Below are positions 11,628-23,198 of a stretch of DNA of 53,942 nt, in pieces; positions within the stretch are counted from its first letter, which is position 1, and each line of letters opens with the position of its first letter. Both the position numbers and the translations under genes were made by a program. The notes under the pieces are model-generated. The model made no database searches. It worked only from the letters and a program-made list of their open reading frames with translations, and had not been told where the DNA came from. This DNA comes from Macrostomum lignano (Eukaryota), in the NCBI GenBank assembly GCA_002269645.1, contig NIVC01001858.1, positions 1 to 53,942 of the forward strand, given 5' to 3'.

Positions 11628-14600
11628 TGTCATCGCCAAATTTCACGGCCAGCTCCCGAAGGTCGTGCATGTAGTGAGAGAGGCCTGCGTGGCTGCGCTC
11701 GACATTGAACATGGACTGGCCGGTGAGCATCTCGTACATGAGCACACCGAAGGCCCAGTAATCCACCGATGTTGAGTAGCCGCTGTACGGATCAAGTCGG
11801 GCTGAGGGATTTCAAGCAGAGGATTTTAAAAGTGCATGCACGTTGAAGGTGGGCTAAAAGAGCTGACGGGAAGCGTTACTAGGGGTCTGTGGTTGTGTGC
11901 GAGCTTAATGCAATCGGTTGTGAGCTCTCGAAGCTTAGTTTTAGGGATTTTTTGGAAGGCCCGTCTGCAGTTGGGAGGCTTGGTGAATTTTTTAGGTAGG
12001 CGAGTGTACATTGGAGAGGGTTAGTGGGGTCTGCATTGGAAGAAGCGTGTACATTGAAGAGGGCTAGTGGGATCTCCATTGGAAGAAGCATGTACATTGA
12101 AGAGGGCTAGTGGGATCTCCGTTGGAAGAAGCATGTACATTGGAGAGGGGTAGTGGTGGGGTCTGCATTGGAAGAAGCGTGTACATTGGAGAGGGTTAGT
12201 GGGGTCTGGATTGGAAGAAGCATGTACATTGGAGAGGGTTAGTGGGTCTCTGTACCGAAATGCGTGTATAGATGTACATTAGGGGGTCAAGAAGTCTCTA
12301 ATGGCAGATCAGAGTCCGTTAAGGCAGATTAATTCGATTTTTAGATTGGTATTTCATTAAGACTAAATTATGACCAAATGCTATGCGTTCAGTGCAGATC
12401 GTAAATGACAAAAACGTTGAGAGCCTCACCGCAGCCGTCAGCGTCGGTTGTTGACCAGCGAAACAGGCACTGCAGCATCTCTGGCGCCATCACGTCCGGA
12501 CAGCCAATCATAGTGTAGGCTCGGCCGTCTGCGCGGGACAGGAAAATTCGATTCGTGAGAAAATTCAACAGCTTCTTGGATAGCATCAAGGCAGCAGCGA
12601 CAGATACAGAATTACTCAACTGAGACTATAGACAACAATTGACCTGCAACCATTTAGCTGAAGCCATGGAGCAGTCGTACGCACTCACACATGACATAGA
12701 ATAAAACGCCTGAGACGAATTGGAGCTCTCAGCTGTTGTCCTATCACAGCAGGGGGGGGGCTGAGATCTGAGAGCTGCTGCCCAATCACAGCAGGGGGAG
12801 CTGAGAGCTGCTGCCCAATCACAGCAGGGGGCTGAGAGCTGCTGCCCAATCACAGCAGGGGGGCTGAGAGCTGCTGCCCAATCACAGCAGGGGGAGCTGA
12901 GAGCTGCTGCCCAATCACAGCAGGGGGAGCTGAGAGCTGCGGCCCAATCACAGCAGGGGGGCTGAGAGCTGCTGCCCAATCACAGCAGGGGGAGCTGAGA
13001 GCTGCTGCCCAATCACAGCAGGGGGAGCTGAGAGCTCAGATCTGCTGCCCAATCACAGCAGGGGGAGCTGAGAGCTCAGATCTGCTGCCCAATCACAGCA
13101 GGGGGAGCTGAGAGCTCAGATCTGCTGCCCAATCACAGCAGGGGGAGCTGAGAGCTCAGATCTGCTGCCCAATCACAGCAGGGGGAGCTGAGAGCTCTCA
13201 GCTTTTAGGTGGCCCTCATGGGAGTGAATCGGACGACAAGTCAGCTAGATTGCATTTGTAGGAACCAGAAGACAAATCAAGATTTTATCCCATAACCTTG
13301 CAACCGTTTAGCGCAGGTAAAGTCGGTCAGGTACACGTAGCCTCGATAATCGAACTGGATATTCTCGCTGCGCAGATCTCGGTGCACGATTCGCAGGTTG
13401 TCCAAATACTCGAGCGCCAGCACCACCTGTGCGGCGATGAAGCGGATCTCCTGCACGCTGAAGCAGGTCCCCACCGAGGCCAGGCCTCGGCTGCCCTCCT
13501 CCAGCTCCTGGGCGACCTCCGTGACCTTCTTGGCGGCGGCACTGCCAGCGGGCCGAATAATCTGAGCTCGCATGGCAATGTGCTGCCGCAGGGTGCCTGC
13601 TCGGCAGTCGGGCTTCACAAAGTACAGGTTGCAGTGGTCCTTGAAGCTGTCGATCAGGCGGCAGATGAACGGGCTGCGCATGGCCTGCTGCAGCCGCCTG
13701 GCCTCCAGCAGTTGGCCGATCAAATTCACGCCGCTGCGACGGCTCTTGTGAACCAGATGAGCCTGTTGGAAACGGGTGCTCACGTGCATATATCCAGTGA
13801 GCTAATCCAAACTGAGCTAATCCAGTGAGCTAATCCAAACTGAGCTAATCCAGTGAGCTAATCCAGTGAGCTAATCCAGTGAGCCAATCCAGTGAGCTAA
13901 TCCAGTGAGCTAATCCAGTGAGCTAATCCAGTGAGCTAATCCAGTGAGCTAATCCAGTGAGCTAATCCAGTGAGCTAATCCAGTGAGCTAATCCAAACTG
14001 AGCTAATCCAGTGAGCTAATCCAGTGAGCTAATCCAGTGAGCTAATCCAGTGAGCTAATCCAGTGAGCTAATCCAAACTGAGCTAATCCAGTGAGCTAAT
14101 CCAGTGAGCTAATCCAAACTGAGCTAATCCAGTGAGCTAATCCAAACTGAGCTAATCCAGTGAGCTAATCCAAACTGAGTTAATTCAGTGAGATAATCCA
14201 GTGAGCTAATCCAGTGAGCTAATCCAGTGAGCTAATCCAGTGAGCTAATCCAAACGGAGCTAATCCAGTGAGATAATCCAGTGAGCTAATCCAAACTGAG
14301 CTAATCCAATGAGCTAATCCAAACTGAGCTAATCCAGTGAGCTAATCCAAACTGAGCTAATCCAGTGAGATAATCCAGTGAGCTAATCCAGTGAGATAAT
14401 CCAGTGAGCTAATCCAGTGAGCTAATCCAGTGAGCTAATCCAAACTGAGCTAATCCAGTGAGCTAATCCAAACTGAGCTAATCCAGTGAGCTAATCCAGT
14501 GAGGTAATCCAGTGAGCTAATCCAGTAAGCTAATCCAGTGAGCTAATCCAGTGAGCTAATCCAGTGAGCTAATCCATTGCGATAATCCAGTGAGCTAATC

Positions 14601-15205
14601 CAGTGAGCTAATCCAGTGAGCTAATCAACTAAGATAATCCAATGAGCTAATCCAATGAGCTAATCCAGTGAGCTAATCCAGTGAGCTAATCCACTGAGGT
14701 AATCCCCTGAGATAATCCACCGAGATAATCCACTGAGCTAATCCAGTGAGCATAAGCACGAGATTACCTTGCGGATGACCTCCAGCGTGTAGGTCGGCAG
14801 GTGTCTCCGGTCGTTGCCTCCGGTGTTGAAAGATTTCGCAGCCGCCGCGGCCGCAGCCGCCGCAACCGCCGCTGTCGGCGTGTTGGCCGCCGCCGGAGCC
14901 GTCGCCGCCGCAATCCTGCCGCCTTCGGAGTCGAACGAGTTGCTGCCCTCCTCGGCGGCAGGCTGCGCTCCGTCCAGCTCCAGCACGTTGTTGCAGTCGC
15001 CAGGCAGGTGGAATTTCGGCCTCGCGGCGCACAGAATATAGTGCCCGAAGTCGGCCAGCTTCTCCGTTGCGATGTACTGCCCCCGCTTCTCCGAGCGCTG
15101 CTGGGCGCGAATGTACCTGATGGCAAACTGGCCGCGCTCCCGGCGAAGCCAGGCCCGATAGTCGTTGCGGCTCTTCACTATGCAGTCAGCCATAGCGATG
15201 GCCAT
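11272..15205 (-). CDS. PKA catalytic-subunit-like protein, probable pseudokinase (510 aa, 4 exons)
   Basis: Exons 15205-14768, 13762-13297, 12528-12430, 11801-11272 join in frame (1533 nt) with GT-AG sites. Motifs SPFICRLIDSFKDHCNLYFV, AAQVVLALEYL, IVHRDLRSEN, LTDFTCAK, MAPEM, VDYWAFGVLMYEMLTG, and terminal EEFDEF* as in PKA-C. Confidence 0.88.
12000..12255. repeat. Intronic minisatellite, ~43-bp unit tgtacattggagagggttagtggggtctgcattggaagaagc
   Basis: Tandem repeats in kinase intron 3. Confidence 0.85.
12745..13200. repeat. Intronic minisatellite, 33-42-bp unit ctgctgcccaatcacagcagggggagctgagag
   Basis: Tandem repeats in kinase intron 2. Confidence 0.92.
13792..14750. repeat. Intronic minisatellite, 13-14-bp unit gagctaatccagt / gagctaatccaaact
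   Basis: Tandem repeats filling kinase intron 1. Confidence 0.95.
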
Positions 15206-15429
15206 GTTGTTGTTGGATTTGATTATGAAATATGGTTGAAATTATTTTTATTGTATTAGATAATAAAAAAGTTTATTCCTGAAGCTAATAGCCACTAAAT
15301 CGAAGCTTTTGACCATAGACGTTGCGGTTGTGCTCGAAGTTATCATCTTAGTTGCCTTTTCTACTAAACTCTACAATCTCAATGTTGTGCGCATTTAAGT
15401 ACATCTGTTCGTGGTTAAATACATTAGGC

Positions 15430-15828
15430 TATAGGTATCTAATGCATTGATTGCACAGGCCATAGGAATCTAATGCATTGATTGCACAGGCCATAGATTT
15501 CTAGTGCATTGATTGCACGGGCCATAGATATCTAATGCATTGATTGCACAGGCCATAGGAATCTAATGCATTGATTGCACAGGCCATAGGTATCTAATGC
15601 ATTGATTGCACAGGCCATAGATTTCTAGTGCATTGATTGCACAGGCCATAGATTTCTAGTGCATTGATTGCACAGGCCATAGATTTCTAGTGCATTGATT
15701 GCAACAGGCCATAGATTTCTAATGCACTGATTGCACAGGCCATAGATTTCTAGTGCATTGATTGCACAGGCCATAGGTATCTAATGCATTGATTGCACAA
15801 GCCATAGATATCTAATGCATTGATTGAA
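15430..15828. repeat. Minisatellite, 31-bp unit gcattgattgcacaggccatagatttctagt
   Basis: Tandem repeats between the kinase start and the lectin stop. Confidence 0.92.
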
Positions 15829-15993
15829 GGTTACGCAAGGTTATAACTATTGATGATATGCTTATTCCCAGCAAAGTATTCAAAGAGTTGTTATTCCAGA
15901 TCGAGTTGTATTTTCGTTAATCAAGATTTGTTGATCAATATAATATAGGGATTAAGTTAACTGTGAGTTCCAGTTTCCAGTAGTGTATTATAT

Positions 15994-17379
15994 TTAGTCG
16001 AACGGGCTGACGCACTGGCAGAGCACGAAGTTGTCAGCCCGTTCTTCCTTGTCGTTGAACTCAGCCCTGGACTTCTCCAGCACGATGCGATTCTGGTTCA
16101 CATCATTGTCGGGATCGTCAGACTCCCACAGCGAGCGGCTCATGTTCACGGGCAGGCCGGAGCCCAGCCACACCCAGCCCTGGTCCGGCTCCACGCTGCC
16201 AGGTGGTTGATAGGCGTTTAGCCAGGCCTGGTCGTCCCAGGGATAGTTGCCAATGGTGACAGCGTGGTCCATGTGCGCCCGGTCAACCAGTTCAGCCAGG
16301 CGCGACAGGCCGCCGAGAGACAGGCAGTGAGTCTGCAGTTTCACAATGACGCAAACATCTTTTTTATAAAGTTTTAAAGATAGAGAGTATCTCGCCAGAC
16401 TCTTGCGCTAAGGTACCGATCCCGTGCGAGAGGCATTACTGCCCATTCCGCCGACTCCCCTGAGCAGGCACACAAGCGCGCGGATACGTACGCAGGCACA
16501 CACTCACACAGGAGTGTACAGCGGCCCTAACTTTATATTATCGTTAGGCATGTACACTTCACTGCGCCTTGGGGGGTTGGCTCTCAAGGCCGCTAATTGC
16601 ACGAGCAGAGCCAAGCCGAGATTCCAATTCAGCCCCAAATTAATGTGACTGCACTTGGAATCGAGCCTGGGTCGCTGGCTCACACAGGGTGCACAGCGGC
16701 CCTGACTTTCTAATCGGCAGACAGGCTGGCTTTCGTGGGTGTGAATCGCCACGACAAGACCGGCTAATTTTCGTGTACAGGCTCCAAATATAATATCATT
16801 GACGCTCCTTAAGGGTCAGAGTTAAGCAGAATTAGACGCGGTTAGTACATTCAGCCAACTCAAAAATAAAAATGCTAAGCTGCGCACCCGAACCACTTAA
16901 AACACGTGAATTTGTGTGCCTTGGTCACTCACGTAGGCTCCGTCCCAAGTATAGTGACTCTTCACCAGCTTGAATTTCGTGCCAAAGAAGTCGCTGCCAA
17001 AGCCGCGGCCGCACAGCCCACCCGGCTGGGCCACTCCGGCCAGACGGCGGACAAAGACCTCGGCCGGTCGGCTCTGGCACGACTTCACCGACCGGACGCG
17101 CCGGCTGAACGCGCCGAAATTGAATCGGCGACAGCGAGCCGGAGCAGTCAGAATGGCGAAGGCCAGGCAGCTGGGCTCCTGGGCGCACCTGAAGGAGCAG
17201 GCCTGCGGATCGGCGATGCCGGGCAAGTCGGGCAGGATGAAGCGAGGGTCGATGCAGTGCAGCACCTTGGTGGTCAAGCGGTCGAAGTTCGTCCGATTGG
17301 AGCAGCCAGCCGAGCAGATGACCGACAGGCAGGTGCAGCTAAGAAACAGAAACAAGAGAGTGACAGCTATTGAGTGCAT
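15994..17379 (-). CDS. Secreted protein: signal peptide + PAN/apple-like module + C-type lectin-like domain (261 aa, 2 exons)
   Basis: Exons 17379-16933 and 16332-15994 (GTGAGT donor, CAG acceptor, in frame). Hydrophobic N-terminus MHSIAVTLLFLFLSC; PAN-like ACSFRCAQEPSCLAF; CTLD-like YTWDGAYTHC..LAEL..WL..WVWLGSG..LWESDDPDN..VLCQ. Confidence 0.75.
16420..16680 (-). mobile_element. tRNA-derived SINE copy (head truncated) in lectin intron
   Basis: Near-identical to 44715-44962. B-box ggctcgattcc on the minus strand; A-box missing. Confidence 0.8.
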
Positions 17380-17739
17380 TTTGCACCTGCTTGCTTGGGC
17401 GTTGGCCTAACGGTTTATGAGAATTATAGGCAGGCTAGGAGCTTTTTAATAACGTGGCACACGGAGTGCTAAATACAGCATCTGTAAAGCTGATTACAGA
17501 CTGGACAAATTCCTGTCCAATGAGGCTGAGCCAGCAGATGGCAACTAAAGAATTCTACATGTAATTGTAGGCTGATGTTAAAACTGCTTTACAATTGCTT
17601 TTTTAATAAAAGCTTCTCTATCGCACATTATAAAATGTAAGTTATTGCAAGTTGCATATTACAAATGCGAGTGGGTTGTACTTTTAAAGGCTTCGTGGCT
17701 GCAATCGCTTAAACTACATATATCTTCCTCAGATCCTCA

Positions 17740-17890
17740 GACCCCATCATATCTCAAAGACCGACGGGACCCCATCATCCCAAAGACCGACGACCCGACC
17801 CCATCATATCCCAAAGACCGACGACCCGACCCCATCATATCCCAAAGACCGACGTGACCCCATCATATCCCAAAGACCGACGTGACCCCT
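17740..17890. repeat. Short minisatellite gaccc(c)atcatatcccaaagaccgacg
   Basis: About 5 tandem units. Confidence 0.8.
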
Positions 17891-18919
17891 TCAGACCACA
17901 AGACCAACGGAGCCTTAGAAAAGCTGCTGTCAGCTATATACATATAATTTATCCAAATGGCATTCACATTATGGGTAGTGAGTTTCCACTCCAGACAGCC
18001 AACTCTTAAAACTCCACGAATAGCGGAACTAGAATGTCATTCATTAGCTTTCCCAAATCAAGCAACTATCGAGCAGTTTTTTTCACACTTGGTTGTCAAG
18101 CTAAACATTGGTTGCCAACTAGGGGTAGGGCTCAATCAAGTAGGGGATAATGGAAGCTAAAACACTGGGTCTCACTTTTAGTTTTATTGCTGAACATTTT
18201 CCTGCAGCAATTACACACACACACACACACACACAAATCGGCTTCCTGGTTACAATGTCTTATGCAAGGGCAAGGTAGATAGCTAATTGCAGTTTGCATT
18301 CTCCTGATAAAATACTTCCTGAAAAAGCATTAAAGCTACATCTGTGGTCGTACATGTAAATTTGCATTTGCTCCGACCAAGAGGTCAGAAATCCGAAAGA
18401 GACAGACAATCCATGACAATATCAAACACACGTGATGCTTCTCGCAAAAATGCATCTTGTCGAAGAAGCATAGTCCCTATTTTTTGGAGGAAATATGTTA
18501 CTATTGAGTCGAGCGAAGAAGATTGTCTATTCACGTTTTTTATTTGATGCAACGGAATTGTCATTTTTGATATACGAGGTATTGTCAGAGACAATCGTTA
18601 GTGTAGAACAGGTGATCGTATCTTCAAAGTATAATGTTCAACAAATTTCGATTTCCAATATCGCTTTGAAGGTACTCGCTTGAGAAAAGCACGAAGCCGA
18701 AGAAGGCATAGTATTGGAAATATTTCATGATAGAACAAATGTGCAAATAACGCTATTTATAAAGAGCCGGCTATCTGTGTATACGGTTTATTAGATTACA
18801 GTAGAAAGATTTAGAAAGCTAAATAGCAGGTAAAAAACAGTTTATTCCAAGGACGGATTGAACTTAGTAAAAGAAGGAAAAAGAAAAAAATAGAATAGAA
18901 TATGTAGTACACTTTGTAT

Positions 18920-19675
18920 AACTTTTTTCAGCCCATTTGGGCCCACGCGCATTGAATTTAATCCAAGATAAGTTTGTGGCTTCGTGGCAAGATACGTTTG
19001 CAACTGTAATGGAGCTTTTGTCTATGGTAGCAAGGCTGCCACAGCGGCATCTAATTCGGTCCAACAAGCATCAATTTGGTCCACAAGCTTCATTTGCAAC
19101 TGCTGTGGAGAAGCAAGATTGCAGCCCCAGAATTGTGGACCATATGCTAGGCTGTCCAACGAATGCCATTGGCTTGCGATCGAAGCGCTCGACAGAGGTG
19201 AACACCCAAAGGCTGCTGAATGTAAAGGAAAATACGGTTTGCAGCATCCATCAGCGCGTTGAAACCACTGCCGGCAGAGATTGCCTGTAAAAGGGTGGCA
19301 ATCGCCAAGGCAATTTGCTCGAGAGCCTCAGGTCCAACTGCTACTCGATGCAATTGAGATGCTGACGGTGCAGAAATGCAGCAGAAGTTGAAGAAACAGT
19401 TCCAGTTGGTTACCAGATTTCGGCTATCAGCAGAGCTCTGGAAAAGCGATTGAAAATTGTTGGTAGAGACGCTGACATTCCAGTGGTACGCAACAACTCG
19501 TAGACAGTTTGCCCAACGGCTCACGAGCGTTTACACCAAACTGATGCTTGTTGGACCAAATCAGATGCCGCTGTGCCAGCCCTGCTACCATAGACAAAAG
19601 CTCCGTTACAGTGGCAAACGTATCTTGGATTAAATTCAATGCGCGCAGGCCCAAATGGGCTGCAAAAAGCTATAT
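18920..19675. repeat. Long imperfect inverted repeat (arms ~18920-19080 and ~19543-19675)
   Basis: cagcccatttgggcc..gcgcattgaatttaatccaagata..ggagcttttgtctatggtagca..ggtccaacaagcatca occurs on + at 18.93-19.08 kb and on - at 19.54-19.67 kb. Confidence 0.85.
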
Positions 19676-19710
19676 TATCACACAGTAGAACAATGCCAAC
19701 AGGCAACACT

Positions 19711-21244
19711 TCAGTACATGTCGTTCCAGTAATTGCTAGAATGTAGAAAATCCCGTATAGTATGCAGGCTGTGATGCTTAGGGAATCGCAGGGCCTCCGG
19801 ATTGTCCCGATGCCTGGCCACGTGACGCCGCAGTACAGATGGCGGCACGACGTAGTCCGGTATGGAGGCCGGGCTGATGAACTCTGGCGCCGGCTTCTCC
19901 GGCTCCGGCGGCTCTGGTGGCTTTTTAACGCATGACTGTTTCAGATGGTAATTGCGCGGCGGCTCGAATAGCGAGCAGGCGCCAGCGCTGGGCAGCCGGT
20001 GCATGGCCAGCCTGCTGTACTCATCCGAGAGGTAAACTGGATCCCGAGGGTCGGCTGTGGCCGGCCGCTGCGTATTAAATAGGCTGGCATCGGTTGTGGC
20101 CTGCTCGGGGTCCGCGACTTTGTACTTGTTGAATAGGCTGGAATGCGAGTGTAACAGTTGTGGGATTTGGGAGCAGTGAATGCTACTTGTGACGATTTGG
20201 GAGCAGAGTGTCAGTTGTGGGGATTTGGGAGCAGTGAATGCTACTTGTGACGATTTGGGAGCAGAGTGTCAGTTGTGGGGATTTGGGAGCAGAGAGTGCC
20301 ATTTGTTTGATTTGGAAGCAGAGAATGCTAGTGGGAGGGATTTTGGAGCAGAGAGTGTCAGTTGTTTGATTTGGAAGCAGTGAGTGCCAGTTGTGGGGAT
20401 TTGGGAGCAGAGAGTGCCAGTTGTGTGGATTTGGAAGCAGAGAATGCTAGTGGGAGGGATTTGGGAGCAGAGAGTGTCAGTAGTGGGGATTTGGGAGCAG
20501 AGAGTGCCATTTGTTTGATTTGGAAGCAGTGAGTGCCAGTTGTGGGGATTTGGGAGCAGAGAGTGCCAGTTGTGTGGATTTGGAAGCAGAGAATGCTAGT
20601 GGGAGGGATTTGGGAGCAGAGAGTGCCAGTTGTGTGGATTTGGAAGCAGAGAATGCTAGTGGGAGGGATTTGGGAGCAGAGAGTGCCAGTTGTGGGGATT
20701 TGGGAGCTGAGAGTGCCCAGTTCTGGGGAGTTGGGAGCTGAGAGTGCCCAGTTCTGGGGATTTGGGAGCTGAGAGTGCCCAGTTGTGGGGATTTGGGAGC
20801 TGAGAGTGCCCAGTTCTGGGGATTTGGGAGCTGAGAGTGCCCAGTTCTGGGGATTTGGGAGCTGAGAGTGCCCAGTTCTGGGGATTTGGGAGCAGAGTAC
20901 CCAGAGCAGCAAAATCCACAATTACCGTCGCTTCATTCGCGGAAAGCGAATCTGGTCGGCGGTGACAAAGATGCCGTAGTCCTTGCGCACAAAAAAGTAC
21001 CGATGACCTCGGTAGAGGCCGTCCGTGTAGCCCACTAAAAGTGCAAATAGGAGTTAGTTTAGAAAACTGTCAGACTATCCCAATGATAATCTGGTGACTT
21101 GCCTGGCTCGTACAGCTCCAGACCGACCCAGTCGCCCTTCATTGAGTTGAGGCCGCCCTTGTAACGCACCTTAGCCGGATACAACTCATTCAGGTGCTTC
21201 ACCTCAACATTCTGGCCTATGGCGATGTTATCAAACAGGACCAT
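19711..21244 (-). CDS. CAP-Gly domain protein with uncharacterised C-terminus (225 aa, 3 exons; intron 1 is GC-AG)
   Basis: Exons 21244-21103, 21034-20926, 20137-19711 join in frame (678 nt). CAP-Gly pattern IGQNVEV..AKVRYKG..GDWVGLEL..PVGYTDGLYRGHRYF..YGIFV. Confidence 0.8.
20160..20900. repeat. Intronic minisatellite, ~29-30-bp unit ggatttgggagc(a/t)gagagtgcc(c)agtt
   Basis: Tandem repeats filling CAP-Gly intron 2. Confidence 0.92.
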
Positions 21245-21339
21245 TGCGCGGCGGGCCTGCTGTGCGATGCTGCAATGCGTTTGTGACAATGCATATGAAA
21301 GTGGCGTCTGATAAAGGCGCTTCTTGCCTATGATAACTG

Positions 21340-21705
21340 GAGTTGCACCTGATAATGGCACTGGTCACTATGGTGATGATGACAGTGACACCTGATAATG
21401 GCACTGGTCACTATGGATGATGACACAGTGGCACCTGATAATGGCACTGGTCAATATGGATGATGACACAGTGGCACCTGATAATGGCACTGGTCACTAT
21501 GGATGATGACACAGTGGCACCTGATAATGGCACTGGTCACTATGAATGATGACACAGTGGCACCTGATAATGGCACTGGTCACTATAGTGATGATGACAA
21601 TGGCACCCGATAATGGCACTGGTCACTATGAATGATGACACAGTGGCACCTGATAATGGCACTGGTTGATAATGATGATGAATAGTGACACCTAATAATG
21701 GCACC
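21340..21705. repeat. Minisatellite, ~42-bp unit gcacctgataatggcactggtcactatggatgatgacacagtg
   Basis: Tandem repeats about 100 bp upstream of the CAP-Gly ATG. Confidence 0.92.
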
Positions 21706-22149
21706 TGTCAATAAAAGACATTATAAATCATAGTAAAGTCAAAACCAAAGCCACAGTTCCACTTAAAACAGAGAAAACAACTCAGATCAGATTTATTTAT
21801 CAAGCCACAGAAGACAAAACGGGACTTGTAGTGGACGAACCCGGGTCAAGGGTCACGTAAGGTCAGCGTATGGTACCAGTTTTATAACAGTAATAATTGC
21901 AACACCATGGGACTAATTAGTATTTTAGCCATTCAATTCAGTTAGAGAGAGTAAAATCATGGCAAACACAAATGTATGGAAAAAAAAGTTTGTTAACTAT
22001 TGAAATAACGATAGGATACACACAACAAAGGAGCAAGACATTGAGAATTTAACTGATAAGCAACTATTAGCTAAGTAAATATTTTGAGGCCAGAGCAGGC
22101 ACATGAATCTTTATATAATAATGGGTGCTTAATCCGCTTCGGAAACCTC

Positions 22150-22596
22150 CACAGATACTAAATCAACTAGATGGGCCACTCAGGCATATACTTAGTAAAA
22201 CAGCTTTCTACTTTCAGTTCAGTAGCAAGGAAGAATACATCGGCTATTTAAAAAAATAAACACAGCTGAAATGACTTTGATAAGTTTAGAATCCCAGATT
22301 TGCAGGCGTAAACAGCTTGCTAATTGGTTCAGTAATAATGTACATTGGCCAGTCCACTGAAATGTACATGGCAGCTTTAGGCTGGAATTCCGAGAGAGGC
22401 AATAAAAATTGGGGCGGGGTCGGGGAGTATCGTGGAATGGCGTGGTTGGAGGGTTTAAGCTGAGGAGTTAAGAGCCAATAAATGAGCCTTGGCTTTAAAA
22501 GTACATTAAAATGCTTCTGTTTAACTTACTACTGAACTGAAAGTAGCTTACACGCAAATGTGCTGAGTGGCCCATCTAGTTATTCTAGTATCAGTG
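22150..22596. mobile_element. MITE (447 bp) with long imperfect TIRs and perfect 8-bp TSD
   Basis: Left end cacagatacta..aactagatgggccactcag..tttcagttcagtag mirrors right end ctactgaactgaaa..ctgagtggcccatctagtt..tagtatcagtg. TSD gaaacctc at 22142-22149 and 22597-22604. Confidence 0.8.
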
Positions 22597-23198
22597 GAAA
22601 CCTCACAGATTCAACTCGCGGCAATGGAAATTTATCAAAACATTTATTCAACAAGAATAGATTTTAATAAATTATAGCAACAAACCTACCTGAATATTGA
22701 GTCGTGCGCGGACAAAATTTAATATAAATTGAAGCGAGAACAGTCTATGCAAAAGAAAATCTGGGTGCCAGACAATAGAGAAAAACAGCAACAAGTCGGA
22801 ACACCAAGAGAGTCTCCAAGATAGGCAGCAATCCAAGAGACACCGCACTACAACAGAAAGCAATTTTTCTTAAAATCGAAACACAAAAAAGGCCCGGAGC
22901 CTAGCAAAAATGGTTAATATATGAGTCAATCAAATTTTAAAAAACAATTATCATTTAACAAGCTTATTAATTCATAAGTTGAAACCGAAGCTACGCAAAA
23001 ATGAAACACTGGGAGACATTGTTAATATTAGTCAAGTTGGGTCACGACTTTCTAACCAGTTGGCGAACCAGAATGCAGCGAATGCGATATAAATCTGTTT
23101 ATGATACTTAAATATAAATTAGCAGGCTCTTTAATAATCCTATTATTATTCAGAGTGTATTGAAGAACACCTAATGAATTTAATAAAACTGTCTGAAT

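Noticed and set aside
18344-18720. Short ORFs at 18.3-18.7 kb
   Set aside because: Under 70 aa, with no motif and no convincing splice structure.
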